Positions 50,143 through 60,281 of a stretch of 64,000 bases of DNA are shown in pieces. Origin of the DNA: Gemmatimonadota bacterium. GTDB taxonomy: Bacteria > Gemmatimonadota > Gemmatimonadetes > Gemmatimonadales > GWC2-71-9. Every line of letters starts with the position of its first letter. Position 1 is the stretch's first letter. Location: positions 320,001 through 384,000 of the forward strand of contig JBDHAB010000001.1 in the NCBI GenBank assembly GCA_039588295.1, given 5' to 3'. The position numbers were made by a program, and so were the translations under genes. The notes beneath the pieces are model-generated. The model was not told the origin of the DNA. It was given only the letters and a program-made list of their open reading frames with translations, and did not search any database.

Positions 50143-51188
50143 CGATTACGCTCGAACAGGTACGCAGCGTCGTAGTGGCTCGCCGTCTCGCCAACAAACG
50201 CCGCGTAGCGCGCGCCCTCTCGCAGCGATGCGGCGCCGAACTCCCCCTTCTTGTTCACCGCGTAGAAATTGAGTCCGAACGTCGGACGCCCTTGCTCGTC
50301 CAGCAAGCGGGCCTCCGTCGTGGCGATGACACGACGAAGGGTCTCCAGCGCCGCATCCGTCGGGCTCATGCCCCGACGCATGAACTCTACGGTGAGAAAC
50401 GCACCGCAGGCCTTGATGCAGGCTTCGCCGCGCCCGGTCGAGCCGGCGGCCCCGACGTCGTTGTCCGTGTATTGTCCTGCACCGATGATCGGCGAATCGC
50501 CGACGCGACCCGGGATCTTCCATGAGAGGCCGCTCGTCGTAGTGACGGACGAGACATCGCCGGCGGTATTCACCGCGTTCATATTGATCGTGCCGTGCTC
50601 TTCGCGTGAGAGCATCTCGTCGTCGGGGACTTCGAGCCAGTTGTCCCTTGGTCCGCGGCGGGCACGCCAGCGGATCCATGCCTGGCGCGCTCGGTCGGTG
50701 AGGAGGTCTTCCTCTTCGAACCCGTAAGAAAGGGCGAACTCCTTTGCCCCAGGGCCCACGAGCAACACGTGGTCGGTGTACAGAAGCACGTATTTGGCGA
50801 CGACGCTGGGTGTCTTGATCCCCTCGAGCGAGGCGACGGCACCAGCGCGACGGGTCGGGCCGTGCATACACGACGCGTCGAGTTGGACAACCCCGTCCTC
50901 GTTTGGCAGCCCACCGTATCCCACGGATGCGTCGTTCGGGTCGAGCTCCTGGATCTTCACGCCCTCGATTGCGGCATCGAGCGTGTCCATCCCGTTGGTC
51001 ATCAGCTCTCCGGCGCGCTGTACGCCTCGAATGCCGTTGCCGGAGGCCACGACGACGCTTCTCGCGGCGGGGCGAACGTGAACCGCTGGTGCGCCAAGCT
51101 GGGCGCCCACCCCGGGGCCCACCATAGTGCCGGCGGCGAGACCGGAGGCGGCACCGAGGAACTCACGACGGGTGATTGTGTCGGACAC
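50139..51188 (-). CDS. Tat-exported N(4)-(beta-N-acetylglucosaminyl)-L-asparaginase-like Ntn hydrolase
   Basis: TRREFL Tat motif, SVGYGGLP, LDASCM, HGTI, TTTSG, GRVGDSPIIGAG, TGRGE. AGGAGG SD, GTG 51188. Confidence 0.88.
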   Translation of the reverse strand: MSDTITRREFLGAASGLAAGTMVGPGVGAQLGAPAVHVRPAARSVVVASGNGIRGVQRAGELMTNGMDTLDAAIEGVKIQELDPNDASVGYGGLPNEDGVVQLDASCMHGPTRRAGAVASLEGIKTPSVVAKYVLLYTDHVLLVGPGAKEFALSYGFEEEDLLTDRARQAWIRWRARRGPRDNWLEVPDDEMLSREEHGTINMNAVNTAGDVSSVTTTSGLSWKIPGRVGDSPIIGAGQYTDNDVGAAGSTGRGEACIKACGAFLTVEFMRRGMSPTDAALETLRRVIATTEARLLDEQGRPTFGLNFYAVNKKGEFGAASLREGARYAAFVGETASHYDAAYLFERNR

Positions 51189-51360
51189 GGGTGACCTCCT
51201 GTGAAGTTGTGAGGAAGCACCGCGAATAAACGATCGGAGACGAGCCGCTGTCAACTTGCCTCTGCGAATGGAGCGCCGTACGTTCCCGCTCTGGCGGACG
51301 TTTCGCGTCATTCGACGTGGTGATCGTATCCAGGTTAGTCTCGAGAAGGTAGCCCGAGCC

Positions 51361-52086
51361 GTGATTTCGGTAGTCTTGCCCGTGTACAACGAACGGGAAA
51401 ACCTCGCCCCACTTCTGGAGGAAATGGCACCCAACTTGCGCACGATCGCTCACGAAATTATCGCCGTGGACGATGGCTCGACCGACGGGTCACTCGACGA
51501 GCTGCGTGCCCTGCAAAGGGTGTATCCCGCCCTCCATGTCATCGGGTTCCGAGCCAACGCCGGGCAGAGTGCGGCAGTGGCGGCAGGCTTCGATGCTGCC
51601 CGTGGGGACGTCGTGGTGACGCTCGACGCCGACGGGCAGAATAACCCGGCAGACATTCCGCGGCTGCTGCAGCTGCTCAGCGCACGGCCCAACTCGGCGG
51701 CCGTTGTGGGGTACCGTGTCCGCCGCGCCGATTCCCGCTGGAAGCGCATTCAGAGCTGGCTCGCGAATTCGATCCGGAACTGGATCACGCGAGATGCCGT
51801 ACGTGATACGGGCTGCGCGCTCAAGGTGATCCGTCGGTCGGCTGCGGCCGGACTGCCGCGATTCGACGGTATGCACCGCTTCCTGCCGACCCTGCTCAGG
51901 GCGCAGGGGGGCGATGTGCTGGAGGTTCCCGTTGAGCATCGGGCGCGGGTGTTCGGCCGTAGCAAGTACGGGATGTGGGATCGCGCATGGAGGGGGTTGG
52001 TGGACGCGTTCGGGGTTCGGTGGTTTCGCCGACGCGCGCTGCGCTACGCTATCAAGGAGGACGGAGACGCACATGCCACGTCGTAA
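51361..52086 (+). CDS. Glycosyltransferase family 2 (DPM1-like polyprenol-phosphate GT)
   Basis: SVVLPVYNE, VDDGSTD, TLDADGQN, DTGCALK, HRFLP, GRSKYG. Confidence 0.9.
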   Translation: MISVVLPVYNERENLAPLLEEMAPNLRTIAHEIIAVDDGSTDGSLDELRALQRVYPALHVIGFRANAGQSAAVAAGFDAARGDVVVTLDADGQNNPADIPRLLQLLSARPNSAAVVGYRVRRADSRWKRIQSWLANSIRNWITRDAVRDTGCALKVIRRSAAAGLPRFDGMHRFLPTLLRAQGGDVLEVPVEHRARVFGRSKYGMWDRAWRGLVDAFGVRWFRRRALRYAIKEDGDAHATS

Positions 52087-53137
52087 ACGACTCGACCCTT
52101 CGATTTTCCACCTACCGGTCGAGAAGATGCAAGCTGGGTACTACACCGACAAATACTTCGTGCGCGCTCGCGAAGTACTTCTTGCTGACGATCACCACCC
52201 CCAGGTGCTGATGCAGGTGTTTTGCAAGACACATGCGTACCTGGGCGGCATCGACGAGGCGATCGCCATCCTCAAGCTGTGCTCACACTCCTGGGAGGAC
52301 CTGACGGTCCGGGCCCTGTACGACGGTGACGAAATCAGCCCATGGGAAACCGTGTTGACAATTGAAGGCCCTTACGACGCGTTCGCGCATCTCGAGACGC
52401 TCTATGTGGGGGTGCTGGCCCGTCGGACGCGAGTCGGGACAAATACGAGACTCGTCGTGGAAGCCGCCCGGCCGAAAGATGTGATGTTCTTCCCAGCGCG
52501 GCACGACCACTGGGTCGTGCAGACCGGTGACGGGTATGCGGCTCATATCGCGGGTGCCATTGGCGTGTCAACTGACGCGCAGGCATCGTGGTGGGGCAGT
52601 GAGGGGATCGGGACGGTGCCGCATGCCATGATCGCGGCATACGGGGGCGACACCGTGCTCGCTGCTGAAAAGTTCGCGGCGTACATGCCCGAGACGGTGA
52701 AGCTCATCAGCCTCGTCGATTTCGAGAACGACAGTGTACGGACCGCGGTCGAGGTTGCTCGAGCGCTGGGACCACGACTGTACGGAGTCCGACTGGACAC
52801 GGCTGACAGCCTGGTTGATCGATCGGTGATTCCTCAGATGGGCGCGTTCGACCCGCGGGGGGTGAATCCGCAGTTGGTTTGGAATGTGCGGAGCGCGCTC
52901 GATGCCGCGGGATTCAAGGACGTCAAGATCGTGGTATCCGGTGGGTTCACGGTCGGGAAGATTCGGGCGTTCGAGGAGCAGAACGTCCCGGTGGACACCT
53001 ATGGCGTCGGTTCCTCCTTGTTTCGCGGCGGTGGCAACTACGACTTCACCGCTGATGTCGTGACCATGAACGGCAAACCGTGCGCCAAGGTCGGTCGCGC
53101 CCATCGCCCCAGTGCGCGGCTCGAGCCGGTGGATTAG
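52073..53137 (+). CDS. pncB: Nicotinate phosphoribosyltransferase (QPRTase-like subtype)
   Basis: YYTDKYF, ARHDH, GTVPHA, GVRLDT, VVSGGF, YGVGS, DFTADVV, KVGR. Confidence 0.75.
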   Translation: MPRRKRLDPSIFHLPVEKMQAGYYTDKYFVRAREVLLADDHHPQVLMQVFCKTHAYLGGIDEAIAILKLCSHSWEDLTVRALYDGDEISPWETVLTIEGPYDAFAHLETLYVGVLARRTRVGTNTRLVVEAARPKDVMFFPARHDHWVVQTGDGYAAHIAGAIGVSTDAQASWWGSEGIGTVPHAMIAAYGGDTVLAAEKFAAYMPETVKLISLVDFENDSVRTAVEVARALGPRLYGVRLDTADSLVDRSVIPQMGAFDPRGVNPQLVWNVRSALDAAGFKDVKIVVSGGFTVGKIRAFEEQNVPVDTYGVGSSLFRGGGNYDFTADVVTMNGKPCAKVGRAHRPSARLEPVD

Positions 53138-53301
53138 CGTTTTCCAAGGTCGGAACATCCCGTGTGGTCGGAGACCGAACGGGAAACCTCCGCAGGCCGT
53201 AGGACGATCACGGCTCGCAAGCGTCTTATCCGCATCGTGCATCTCGAGGCGGGGCCGTTAACTTTCGGCCGAGTGGATGTCATTCAGTAGGGGACGGAGC
53301 A

Positions 53302-54333
53302 GTGCCTCAACTTCCAATTCCACCGCACTTCGATCCCCGGATCGTGGGCGAGATCTGGAAGGTCGATTACCAGCGCCGTGCGGAGGAAGCCTCGGCCTGG
53401 GCCGACCGGTACGACATCCCACCAGCTGCGGCCGACCAAACCCGCGTCGCCCTCCTGGTCGTGGACTGCCAAAACACGTTTTGCATTCCGGGTCACGAGC
53501 TGTTTGTCGCAGGACGGTCGGGTACCGGGGCCGTCGAGGACAACGTGCGGCTGTGCGAGTTCATCTATCGGAATCTCGATGTCATTACCGGGATTGCCCC
53601 GACGCTGGACACCCACACAGCCCTGCAGATCTTCCACCCGATCTTCTGGGTGGATGCTGCCGGTGGCCATCCGACAGGCGGGCAGACAGTCATCACACCC
53701 GACGACGTCGAGCGAGGGGTGTGGCAACCCAATCCCGCGGTGGCGGACAGCGTGACGAACGGCGATCGGGAACTCCTGGCGGCACATGCGCTTCATTACG
53801 TTCGGAAGCTGGCCAACGGGCGCTACCCGCTTATGATCTGGCCCTACCACGCGATGCTCGGCGGCATCGGGCACGCACTCGTTTCAGCAGTGGAAGAAGC
53901 GATCTTCTATCACAGCGTTGCGCGCCAGACGGCTGCCCGATTCGAGATCAAGGGGGACAACCCGCTGACGGAGAACTACTCGGCCCTCAGTCCGGAAGTC
54001 GTGGATGGCCCCAGTGGAGCGTCGATCGCGGAAGAGAATGTTGCGTTCAGCCAGCGCCTGCTTGAGTACGATGCGGTCATCATCACCGGACAGGCCAAGA
54101 GTCACTGCGTAGCATGGACGATTCATGACTTGCTCGCGGAGCTCGAAGCCAAGAATCCTCGACTCATCGACAACGTGTATCTGTTGGAGGATTGCACTTC
54201 TCCCGTCGTGGTACCCGGTGTTGTCGATTTCACCGACGCCGCCGATGAGGCGTTTTGCCGGTTCGCCGACGCCGGCATGCATGTCGTACAGTCCACGGAA
54301 CCGATCCACGAGTGGGCTGGCCTCCAGGCATGA
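53302..54333 (+). CDS. Isochorismatase-family cysteine hydrolase, probable nicotinamidase
   Basis: VVDCQNTF, LDTH, WPYH, KG, TENYS, GQAKSHCV, DCTS; adjacent to pncB. Confidence 0.8.
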   Translation: MPQLPIPPHFDPRIVGEIWKVDYQRRAEEASAWADRYDIPPAAADQTRVALLVVDCQNTFCIPGHELFVAGRSGTGAVEDNVRLCEFIYRNLDVITGIAPTLDTHTALQIFHPIFWVDAAGGHPTGGQTVITPDDVERGVWQPNPAVADSVTNGDRELLAAHALHYVRKLANGRYPLMIWPYHAMLGGIGHALVSAVEEAIFYHSVARQTAARFEIKGDNPLTENYSALSPEVVDGPSGASIAEENVAFSQRLLEYDAVIITGQAKSHCVAWTIHDLLAELEAKNPRLIDNVYLLEDCTSPVVVPGVVDFTDAADEAFCRFADAGMHVVQSTEPIHEWAGLQA

Positions 54334-54449
54334 TCCCCGTGGCTGACGTCACCGCTCCCAATGAAGGCTGCCAACAGCCTCGCGCCTGCCGACGGTGACG
54401 GAGGCCCATTGAACAGGCACTTCGCTACCAATGGCATCCGGCTGGTCGT

Positions 54450-55541
54450 ATGAATCCGGACGAGTTCGGTCAGTTCTTCCTGCCGGGCCCAACCGAGGTC
54501 CATCCGGACATCCTGGCGTCGATGACCCGCTCGATGATTCCCCATCGCGGGGCCGACATGGTCGACCTGTTCAAGGCGATTGAGCCGCCCCTACAGCGAA
54601 TCTGGCGCACACGGCGACATGTGTTCATCGGGACTTGCTCGGCCACGGGGTTCATGGAGATGGCGGTGCGATCCGGTGTGCGCCGGAGGGCGCTGTCGCT
54701 CGTGGGGGGGGCCTTCGGTGAGCGCTTTGCCGGAATCGTGGCGGCGACCGGTCGCGACGTGGTACGCCTGGACGTTCCGCTCGGTCGCACCGTGGAGCCG
54801 GAAATGCTGTGGGACGCGCTGAAACGCTCCGACGTGGATGCGGTGACCCTCGTCCACTCCGAGACGTCGACCGGTGCCTTGGCTCCCATCGATAAGCTCG
54901 CGGCCGTCGTTCAGGAGTTCGACGATGTGCTGCTGCTGGTCGACGCAGTAACCTCACTCGGTGGATCGCCGGTCGAGATGGACGCGTGGGAGCTCGATTT
55001 CGCATTCACTGGATCACAAAAAGCTCTGGGCCTCCCTCCGGGACTTGCGTTGGCGGTCGCGTCTGACCGGATGATTCGACGAGCCAAGCAGGTCCCGGAG
55101 CGAGGCGCGTACCTCGACGTCTTGGCGTTTGAGAATGCGGCCAACGACTTTCAGCCGACGAACACGCCGGCGATCTCCTTGCTGTACGCCTTGCAGGTGC
55201 AGCTCGAGCGAATCGAAGCGAGTGGAGGCATCGAAGCGCGGTGGGAACGGCATGATCGTATGCGCGGCACGGTGGAAAAATGGATCGAGAGGCGGGGGGG
55301 CGAGCTTGGGTTCTCGTACCTCCCTGTTCAGGGCCGGCGGTCCTGGACGATTTCATGTCTCAATGTCCCAGAGGGCACCCGAGGACGGTCGGTCGCTCAC
55401 GCGATGAAGGGCAAGGGATGGGTGATCGGTTCGGGGTATGGGCCGCTCAAGCAATCGACCGTTCGGATCGGTCACATGGGTGACCACACGCCCGAGCGGG
55501 TCGAGGAACTACTGGCCGTGATGGAGACGGTGCTGGGATGA
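54450..55541 (+). CDS. Class V aminotransferase (alanine-glyoxylate/phosphoserine type)
   Basis: LPGPT, HSETSTG, VDAVTSLG, GSQKALGLPPGL, RIGHMG. ATGA overlap with serA. Confidence 0.9.
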   Translation: MNPDEFGQFFLPGPTEVHPDILASMTRSMIPHRGADMVDLFKAIEPPLQRIWRTRRHVFIGTCSATGFMEMAVRSGVRRRALSLVGGAFGERFAGIVAATGRDVVRLDVPLGRTVEPEMLWDALKRSDVDAVTLVHSETSTGALAPIDKLAAVVQEFDDVLLLVDAVTSLGGSPVEMDAWELDFAFTGSQKALGLPPGLALAVASDRMIRRAKQVPERGAYLDVLAFENAANDFQPTNTPAISLLYALQVQLERIEASGGIEARWERHDRMRGTVEKWIERRGGELGFSYLPVQGRRSWTISCLNVPEGTRGRSVAHAMKGKGWVIGSGYGPLKQSTVRIGHMGDHTPERVEELLAVMETVLG

Positions 55542-57145
55542 GATACGTGGTGGCTGTCGCCGACCGCGTGGCGGATGCCGGTCTCGCACTGCTCCGGGCG
55601 GAGCCGAACCTGGAGGTCGTGGTGGTGGTGGGGCAGCCCGAGCGTCTCCGGGAAGAGCTGCGGCGTGCGCATGCCTTGATCGTTCGGTCCGATACCACCG
55701 TTACCCGGGAACACATCACGGCGGCACCGAACCTCATGGTGGTGGCGCGCGCGGGAGCCGGAGTCGACAACATCGACGTCGAAGCCGCAACGCGGCGAGG
55801 CATCGCGGTCCTCAACGCAGCTGGTGCGAATACGGTGAGTGCCGCCGAGCACGCCGTGGCGCTGCTGTTCGCCTTGGTGCGTCGAATCCCGGCCGCGGCC
55901 GTGAGCATGCGTGAGGGCCAATGGGACCGCAGGCAATTCGCTGGCAGTGAACTTAATGGGAAGCGGATGGGGATCGTGGGGCTTGGACGCGTGGGAGTGC
56001 GTGTTGCGACCATCGGTCGTGCGCTTGGCATGCAGGTCATCGCCCATGACCCGTATCTCCCGGAGGAGCGCGCCCGGGGTCTCGGCATCGAGTTGCTGTC
56101 GCTGGACGATCTCCTGGCCCAGGCGGACGTCATCTCACTCCACCTCCCGCTGACCGACGAGACCCGACACCTGCTCGACAGAAAGCGCCTGGCCCAGATG
56201 AAGCCGAGCGCGGTGGTCATCAACACGGCGCGAGGTGGTTTGATCGACAACAAGGCGTTGCTCGAAGCATTGGAGGCAAGACGCCTCGGCGGGGCGGCGC
56301 TCGACGTGTTCGATCCGGAGCCGCTGCCGGCCGAGTCGCCACTGCGGCAGGCTGACGGTCTGCTCCTGACCCCGCATCTCGCCGCGTCTACGCCCGAGGC
56401 CCAGGACCGAGTCGCCACGGAGATCTGTCGATCAGTGCGGGACGCCTTGTTGAGGGGAGCATTGCGAGGGGCGGTCAATCTTCCCGGGGTTTCGAGCGAC
56501 GCGCTGTCGCGGGTCGCCAGCGTACTGGAGCTCGCTCGGCGGCTTGGACGCCTTGCAGCGGGAATTGCCGCAGGCCCGGTGAACGCGATCGAGGTGGTCT
56601 ATGGAGGCAGCGACGAAGCTGCTCCGCGCCCCGCCATGCTCGCGGCCGTCGAGGGGGTTCTTACCGCGACTGGTGTGGCGCAGGTGAGCCTCGTCAATGC
56701 CGCGGAACGGGCGGCGCAGCGCGGGATCGAGATCAGTCGTCGGGCCGGTGGGCCGTTGTCCGGGTTCGAGACTACGGTGGGTGTCGTCTTGCAGAGCGGG
56801 GGCCGCTCGATAGCAGTTGAGGGCGCGCTCATCGGGGACCGTGTGGGCCGCATCGTCCGGATCGACAGGTACCACGTGGATGTGCCGGCTGAGGGCTTTG
56901 TGGTGGTCCTCCGCAACCGGGACGTCCCTGGGGTCATCGGACGTGTTGGGAGCGTTCTCGGAGAGGCTGAGATCAACATAGGGTCCTACCACCAGTCCCG
57001 GAGCCGTGATGAGTCGGGCACCACCGCCCTCGCCGCGATCGTCGTCGATCACGCCCCCGATGCCGCGGCGGTCGCGTCCCTGCGGAATCTCGCCGATGTG
57101 CTGGAGGTCCGCGTGGCTTCGCTCAACGGCGTCGCGGCCGGCTGA
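55538..57145 (+). CDS. serA: D-3-phosphoglycerate dehydrogenase with ASB and ACT domains
   Basis: RAGAGVDNID, GLGRVG, INTARGG, DVF, TPHLAAST, NRDVPGVIG. Confidence 0.93.
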   Translation: MRYVVAVADRVADAGLALLRAEPNLEVVVVVGQPERLREELRRAHALIVRSDTTVTREHITAAPNLMVVARAGAGVDNIDVEAATRRGIAVLNAAGANTVSAAEHAVALLFALVRRIPAAAVSMREGQWDRRQFAGSELNGKRMGIVGLGRVGVRVATIGRALGMQVIAHDPYLPEERARGLGIELLSLDDLLAQADVISLHLPLTDETRHLLDRKRLAQMKPSAVVINTARGGLIDNKALLEALEARRLGGAALDVFDPEPLPAESPLRQADGLLLTPHLAASTPEAQDRVATEICRSVRDALLRGALRGAVNLPGVSSDALSRVASVLELARRLGRLAAGIAAGPVNAIEVVYGGSDEAAPRPAMLAAVEGVLTATGVAQVSLVNAAERAAQRGIEISRRAGGPLSGFETTVGVVLQSGGRSIAVEGALIGDRVGRIVRIDRYHVDVPAEGFVVVLRNRDVPGVIGRVGSVLGEAEINIGSYHQSRSRDESGTTALAAIVVDHAPDAAAVASLRNLADVLEVRVASLNGVAAG

Positions 57146-57168
57146 GAGACGCTTACATTACCATTGAT

Positions 57169-59610
57169 ATGCCTGGCACCTCAACGCAGAACGATCGTTA
57201 CGATCCACAGGCCGTCGAAGCAAAGTGGCACCGCCTGTGGCACGAGCGCCGGACGAATGCGGCCGACGTTCACGGCGCCCGGCGTCCGTATTTCAACCTG
57301 ATGATGTATCCCTATCCCTCGGCGGAGGGTCTCCACGTGGGCAACGTGTTCGCCTTCGTGGGAAGTGACGTCCACGGGAGGTTCCGGCGGCTGCAGGGGT
57401 GGGATGTGTTCGAGCCAATCGGCTTTGACGCGTTCGGCATCCACTCGGAGAACTACGCACTGAAGGTCAACACGCACCCGGCGGTTCTGATCCCGCAGAA
57501 CATCGCCCGGTTCCGCGAGCAGCTCCGGCGTGTCGGATTGATGCTGGACTGGGATCACGAGGTATCCACCACCGACCCGCGGTACTATCGCTGGACCCAG
57601 TGGATCTTTCTCCAACTCTACGGGGCTGGCTTGGCCGTGAAGAAGAAGGCCCCGGTCAATTGGTGTCCCGAGTGCAAGACAGTCCTGGCGAACGAGCAGG
57701 TGATCGACGGACGGTGTGAACGCCATCCCGAAACGCTCGTGCATCAGCGACTTCTCGAGCAGTGGTTCTTCCGAATCACCGCGTACACGGAACGGCTCCT
57801 CGAGAACCTCAAGACGTTGGATTGGTCGGAATCCACCCGACTCATGCAAACGAATTGGATTGGGCAGTCGGAGGGTGCGGAGCTGGTGTTTGCAGCCGAG
57901 TCTGGCAGATCGATCAGCGTGTTCACAACCAGACCCGACACGGTGTTCGGCGCCACCTACATGGTGCTCGCGCCTGAGCATCCGCTTGTCGTGGAGCTCA
58001 CGACCGACGCGCAGCTGAGGGAGGTCGAGGGGTATCGTCACCGTGCCGCGGCGATGGATATCGTGTCACGCCGAATCGGCGACAAGGAGAAGACCGGAGT
58101 GTTCACCGGCGCCTACTGCACGAATCCGGCGACAGGTGAATCGGTGCCGATCTGGATCGCCGACTACGTCCTCATGGAGTATGGCACGGGAGCCATCATG
58201 GCCGTGCCGGCGCATGACGCGCGCGACTACGAGTTCGCGCAGCGATTCGGGCTGGAGATCCGTCGAGTCGTGCAGCCGGAGGACGAGGCCCAGGCCCAGC
58301 TGCCGTACTCCGGCTGGGATGGCACCATGGTCAATTCCGGGCAGTTCGACGGCATGGGGTGCCGCGAAGCGGTTGGCGCGATCACGAAGTGGCTGGAGCA
58401 GCAGAACGCGGGCGAGCGGCAGGTGCAATACCGACTCCACGACTGGTGCATCTCGCGCCAGCGGTATTGGGGACCACCAATTCCGATTATCTACTGCGAC
58501 GCGTGTGGGACCGTGCCGGTACCCGAGGAGGATCTTCCCGTGATTCTCCCGCCGCTCGAAGACTTCCGTCCTGACGAGAGTGGTATCTCACCGCTTGCAC
58601 GGCATGAGGAGTGGCACCGGGTACCGTGTCCTCAGTGTGGCGCTGCGGCACGGCGTGAGACCGACGTGTCGGATACATTTCTCGATTCCTCGTGGTACTT
58701 CATCCGCTACCCGTCAACGGAATACGACGACCGCCCGTTCGATCGGGAGCTGACGCACAAGTGGCTGCCGGTGAAATCGTACATTGGGGGCAACGAACAC
58801 GCGGTGTTGCACCTCATGTATTCTCGGTTCATTACGATGGCGCTGTACGATCTGGGTCATCTGGACTTCGAGGAACCGTTCGCACGGTTTCGGGCGCATG
58901 GGACGATTGTCAAGGACGGCGCGAAGATGTCGAAGTCGCGCGGCAACGTCGTGGTGCCCGATGAGCACATCGCCAAGTGGGGTGCAGACACATTCCGGAT
59001 GTACCTCATGTTCTTGGGGCCGTATCAGGAAGGCGGCGATTTCCGAGACGAGGGGATCTCGGGCATTCGGCGGTTCCTCGACAAGGTGTGGGGGCTCGTC
59101 AAGTCCGTGCGGCTCGGGGATGCTGAGACCATGCCGCCGACCGCCGTGCGGAAGCTTCATCAGACCATCCGCGGCGTCAGCGTCGATATCGACGAGCTGC
59201 GATACAATACGGCGATCTCCAAGCTCATGGAGTACGTCAACGTGCTGCGTGCGGAGGGCGAGGCGGACCAGGCGGTAGCGGCACCGCTGCTTGAGCCGCT
59301 GGCAGTCATGCTCGCACCGCTGGCGCCGCACATGGCCGAGGAATGCTGGGAGCGTCTCGGGCACGACACGAGCGTGTTCCAAGCCACCTGGCCGTCCTTC
59401 GATGCCGCTCTCGCGAAAGAGGAGCAGGTCGAGCTCGTGATACAGGTGAACGGCAAGGTTCGCGGCCGGATGTGGGTATCGGCCGGGCTGACGGAGCAGG
59501 AGGCGGTAGAACGCGCGCTCGCCGAAGAAAGCATCCGGCGGTATGCCGACGGAAGTGCAATCAGAAAGACGGTTTACGTACCGAACCGGCTCGTGAATCT
59601 GGTGTTGTAG
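57169..59610 (+). CDS. leuS: Leucine-tRNA ligase
   Basis: YPYPS, LHVGN, FTTRPDT, YGTGAIMAVPAHD, WCISRQRYWG, KMSKS, QVNGK. Confidence 0.97.
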   Translation: MPGTSTQNDRYDPQAVEAKWHRLWHERRTNAADVHGARRPYFNLMMYPYPSAEGLHVGNVFAFVGSDVHGRFRRLQGWDVFEPIGFDAFGIHSENYALKVNTHPAVLIPQNIARFREQLRRVGLMLDWDHEVSTTDPRYYRWTQWIFLQLYGAGLAVKKKAPVNWCPECKTVLANEQVIDGRCERHPETLVHQRLLEQWFFRITAYTERLLENLKTLDWSESTRLMQTNWIGQSEGAELVFAAESGRSISVFTTRPDTVFGATYMVLAPEHPLVVELTTDAQLREVEGYRHRAAAMDIVSRRIGDKEKTGVFTGAYCTNPATGESVPIWIADYVLMEYGTGAIMAVPAHDARDYEFAQRFGLEIRRVVQPEDEAQAQLPYSGWDGTMVNSGQFDGMGCREAVGAITKWLEQQNAGERQVQYRLHDWCISRQRYWGPPIPIIYCDACGTVPVPEEDLPVILPPLEDFRPDESGISPLARHEEWHRVPCPQCGAAARRETDVSDTFLDSSWYFIRYPSTEYDDRPFDRELTHKWLPVKSYIGGNEHAVLHLMYSRFITMALYDLGHLDFEEPFARFRAHGTIVKDGAKMSKSRGNVVVPDEHIAKWGADTFRMYLMFLGPYQEGGDFRDEGISGIRRFLDKVWGLVKSVRLGDAETMPPTAVRKLHQTIRGVSVDIDELRYNTAISKLMEYVNVLRAEGEADQAVAAPLLEPLAVMLAPLAPHMAEECWERLGHDTSVFQATWPSFDAALAKEEQVELVIQVNGKVRGRMWVSAGLTEQEAVERALAEESIRRYADGSAIRKTVYVPNRLVNLVL

Positions 59611-59729
59611 GGAGCCCGAGAGCGAGCGGGACCGGTACCGACCGGTAACGGATCGTTCTCCTTCGCTCGCGCTTCCCGGCACCCGTCGCTGCGACCCCTT
59701 TCCACCCGGATGCATCTATTCAATCGGGC

Positions 59730-60281
59730 ATGGCAGAGATCACCCTGACAGCGGTAGACGAGCTCGCGATCCAGCGGGCAAAGACTGGCGATCTCGAGGC
59801 GCTCGAGCGGGTCTACCGCGCCTACGAGGGAACGGTCTACACCCTCGCTCGGCGGATCTGCCGTGCACCGGAGGAGGCCGAGGAGGTGCTCCAGGAGACG
59901 TTCCTGGAGGTCTGCCGCAGCCTCAAGCGGTTCCGCGGGACAGCGCCGGGAAGTCTCACGGCGTGGATCAAGCGCGTGGCGGCAAGCAAGGCGTTGATTC
60001 GTCTCAGGCACGAGAAGTACCGGGACACCGAGGAGTTGGAAGAGGATGGGAGTTGGGCTGGTCGGCGGGACGGCGATGTGGGGTTGCGGATGGATCTCGA
60101 GGCCGCGCTGCAGCAGTTGTCGGAGACGTCACGCGCGGTGGTGTGGCTGCACGATGTCGAGGGATACACGCACGAGGAGATTGCCGAGCTGATGGGCAAG
60201 ACCGCGAGTTTCTCCAAGTCCCAGCTGTCGCGTGCGCACGCACGGCTGCGAAGGTTGCTCGGCGAGGAGGCGCAATGCTGA
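59730..60281 (+). CDS. ECF RNA polymerase sigma factor
   Basis: Region 2 (AEEVLQETF, WIKRVA) and region 4 (LHDVEGYTHEEIAELMG..SKSQLSRA). Confidence 0.93.
   Translation: MAEITLTAVDELAIQRAKTGDLEALERVYRAYEGTVYTLARRICRAPEEAEEVLQETFLEVCRSLKRFRGTAPGSLTAWIKRVAASKALIRLRHEKYRDTEELEEDGSWAGRRDGDVGLRMDLEAALQQLSETSRAVVWLHDVEGYTHEEIAELMGKTASFSKSQLSRAHARLRRLLGEEAQC

Noticed and set aside
57331..57345. HVGN in place of HIGH in LeuRS
   Set aside because: Within the normal variation of class I synthetase signature motifs.
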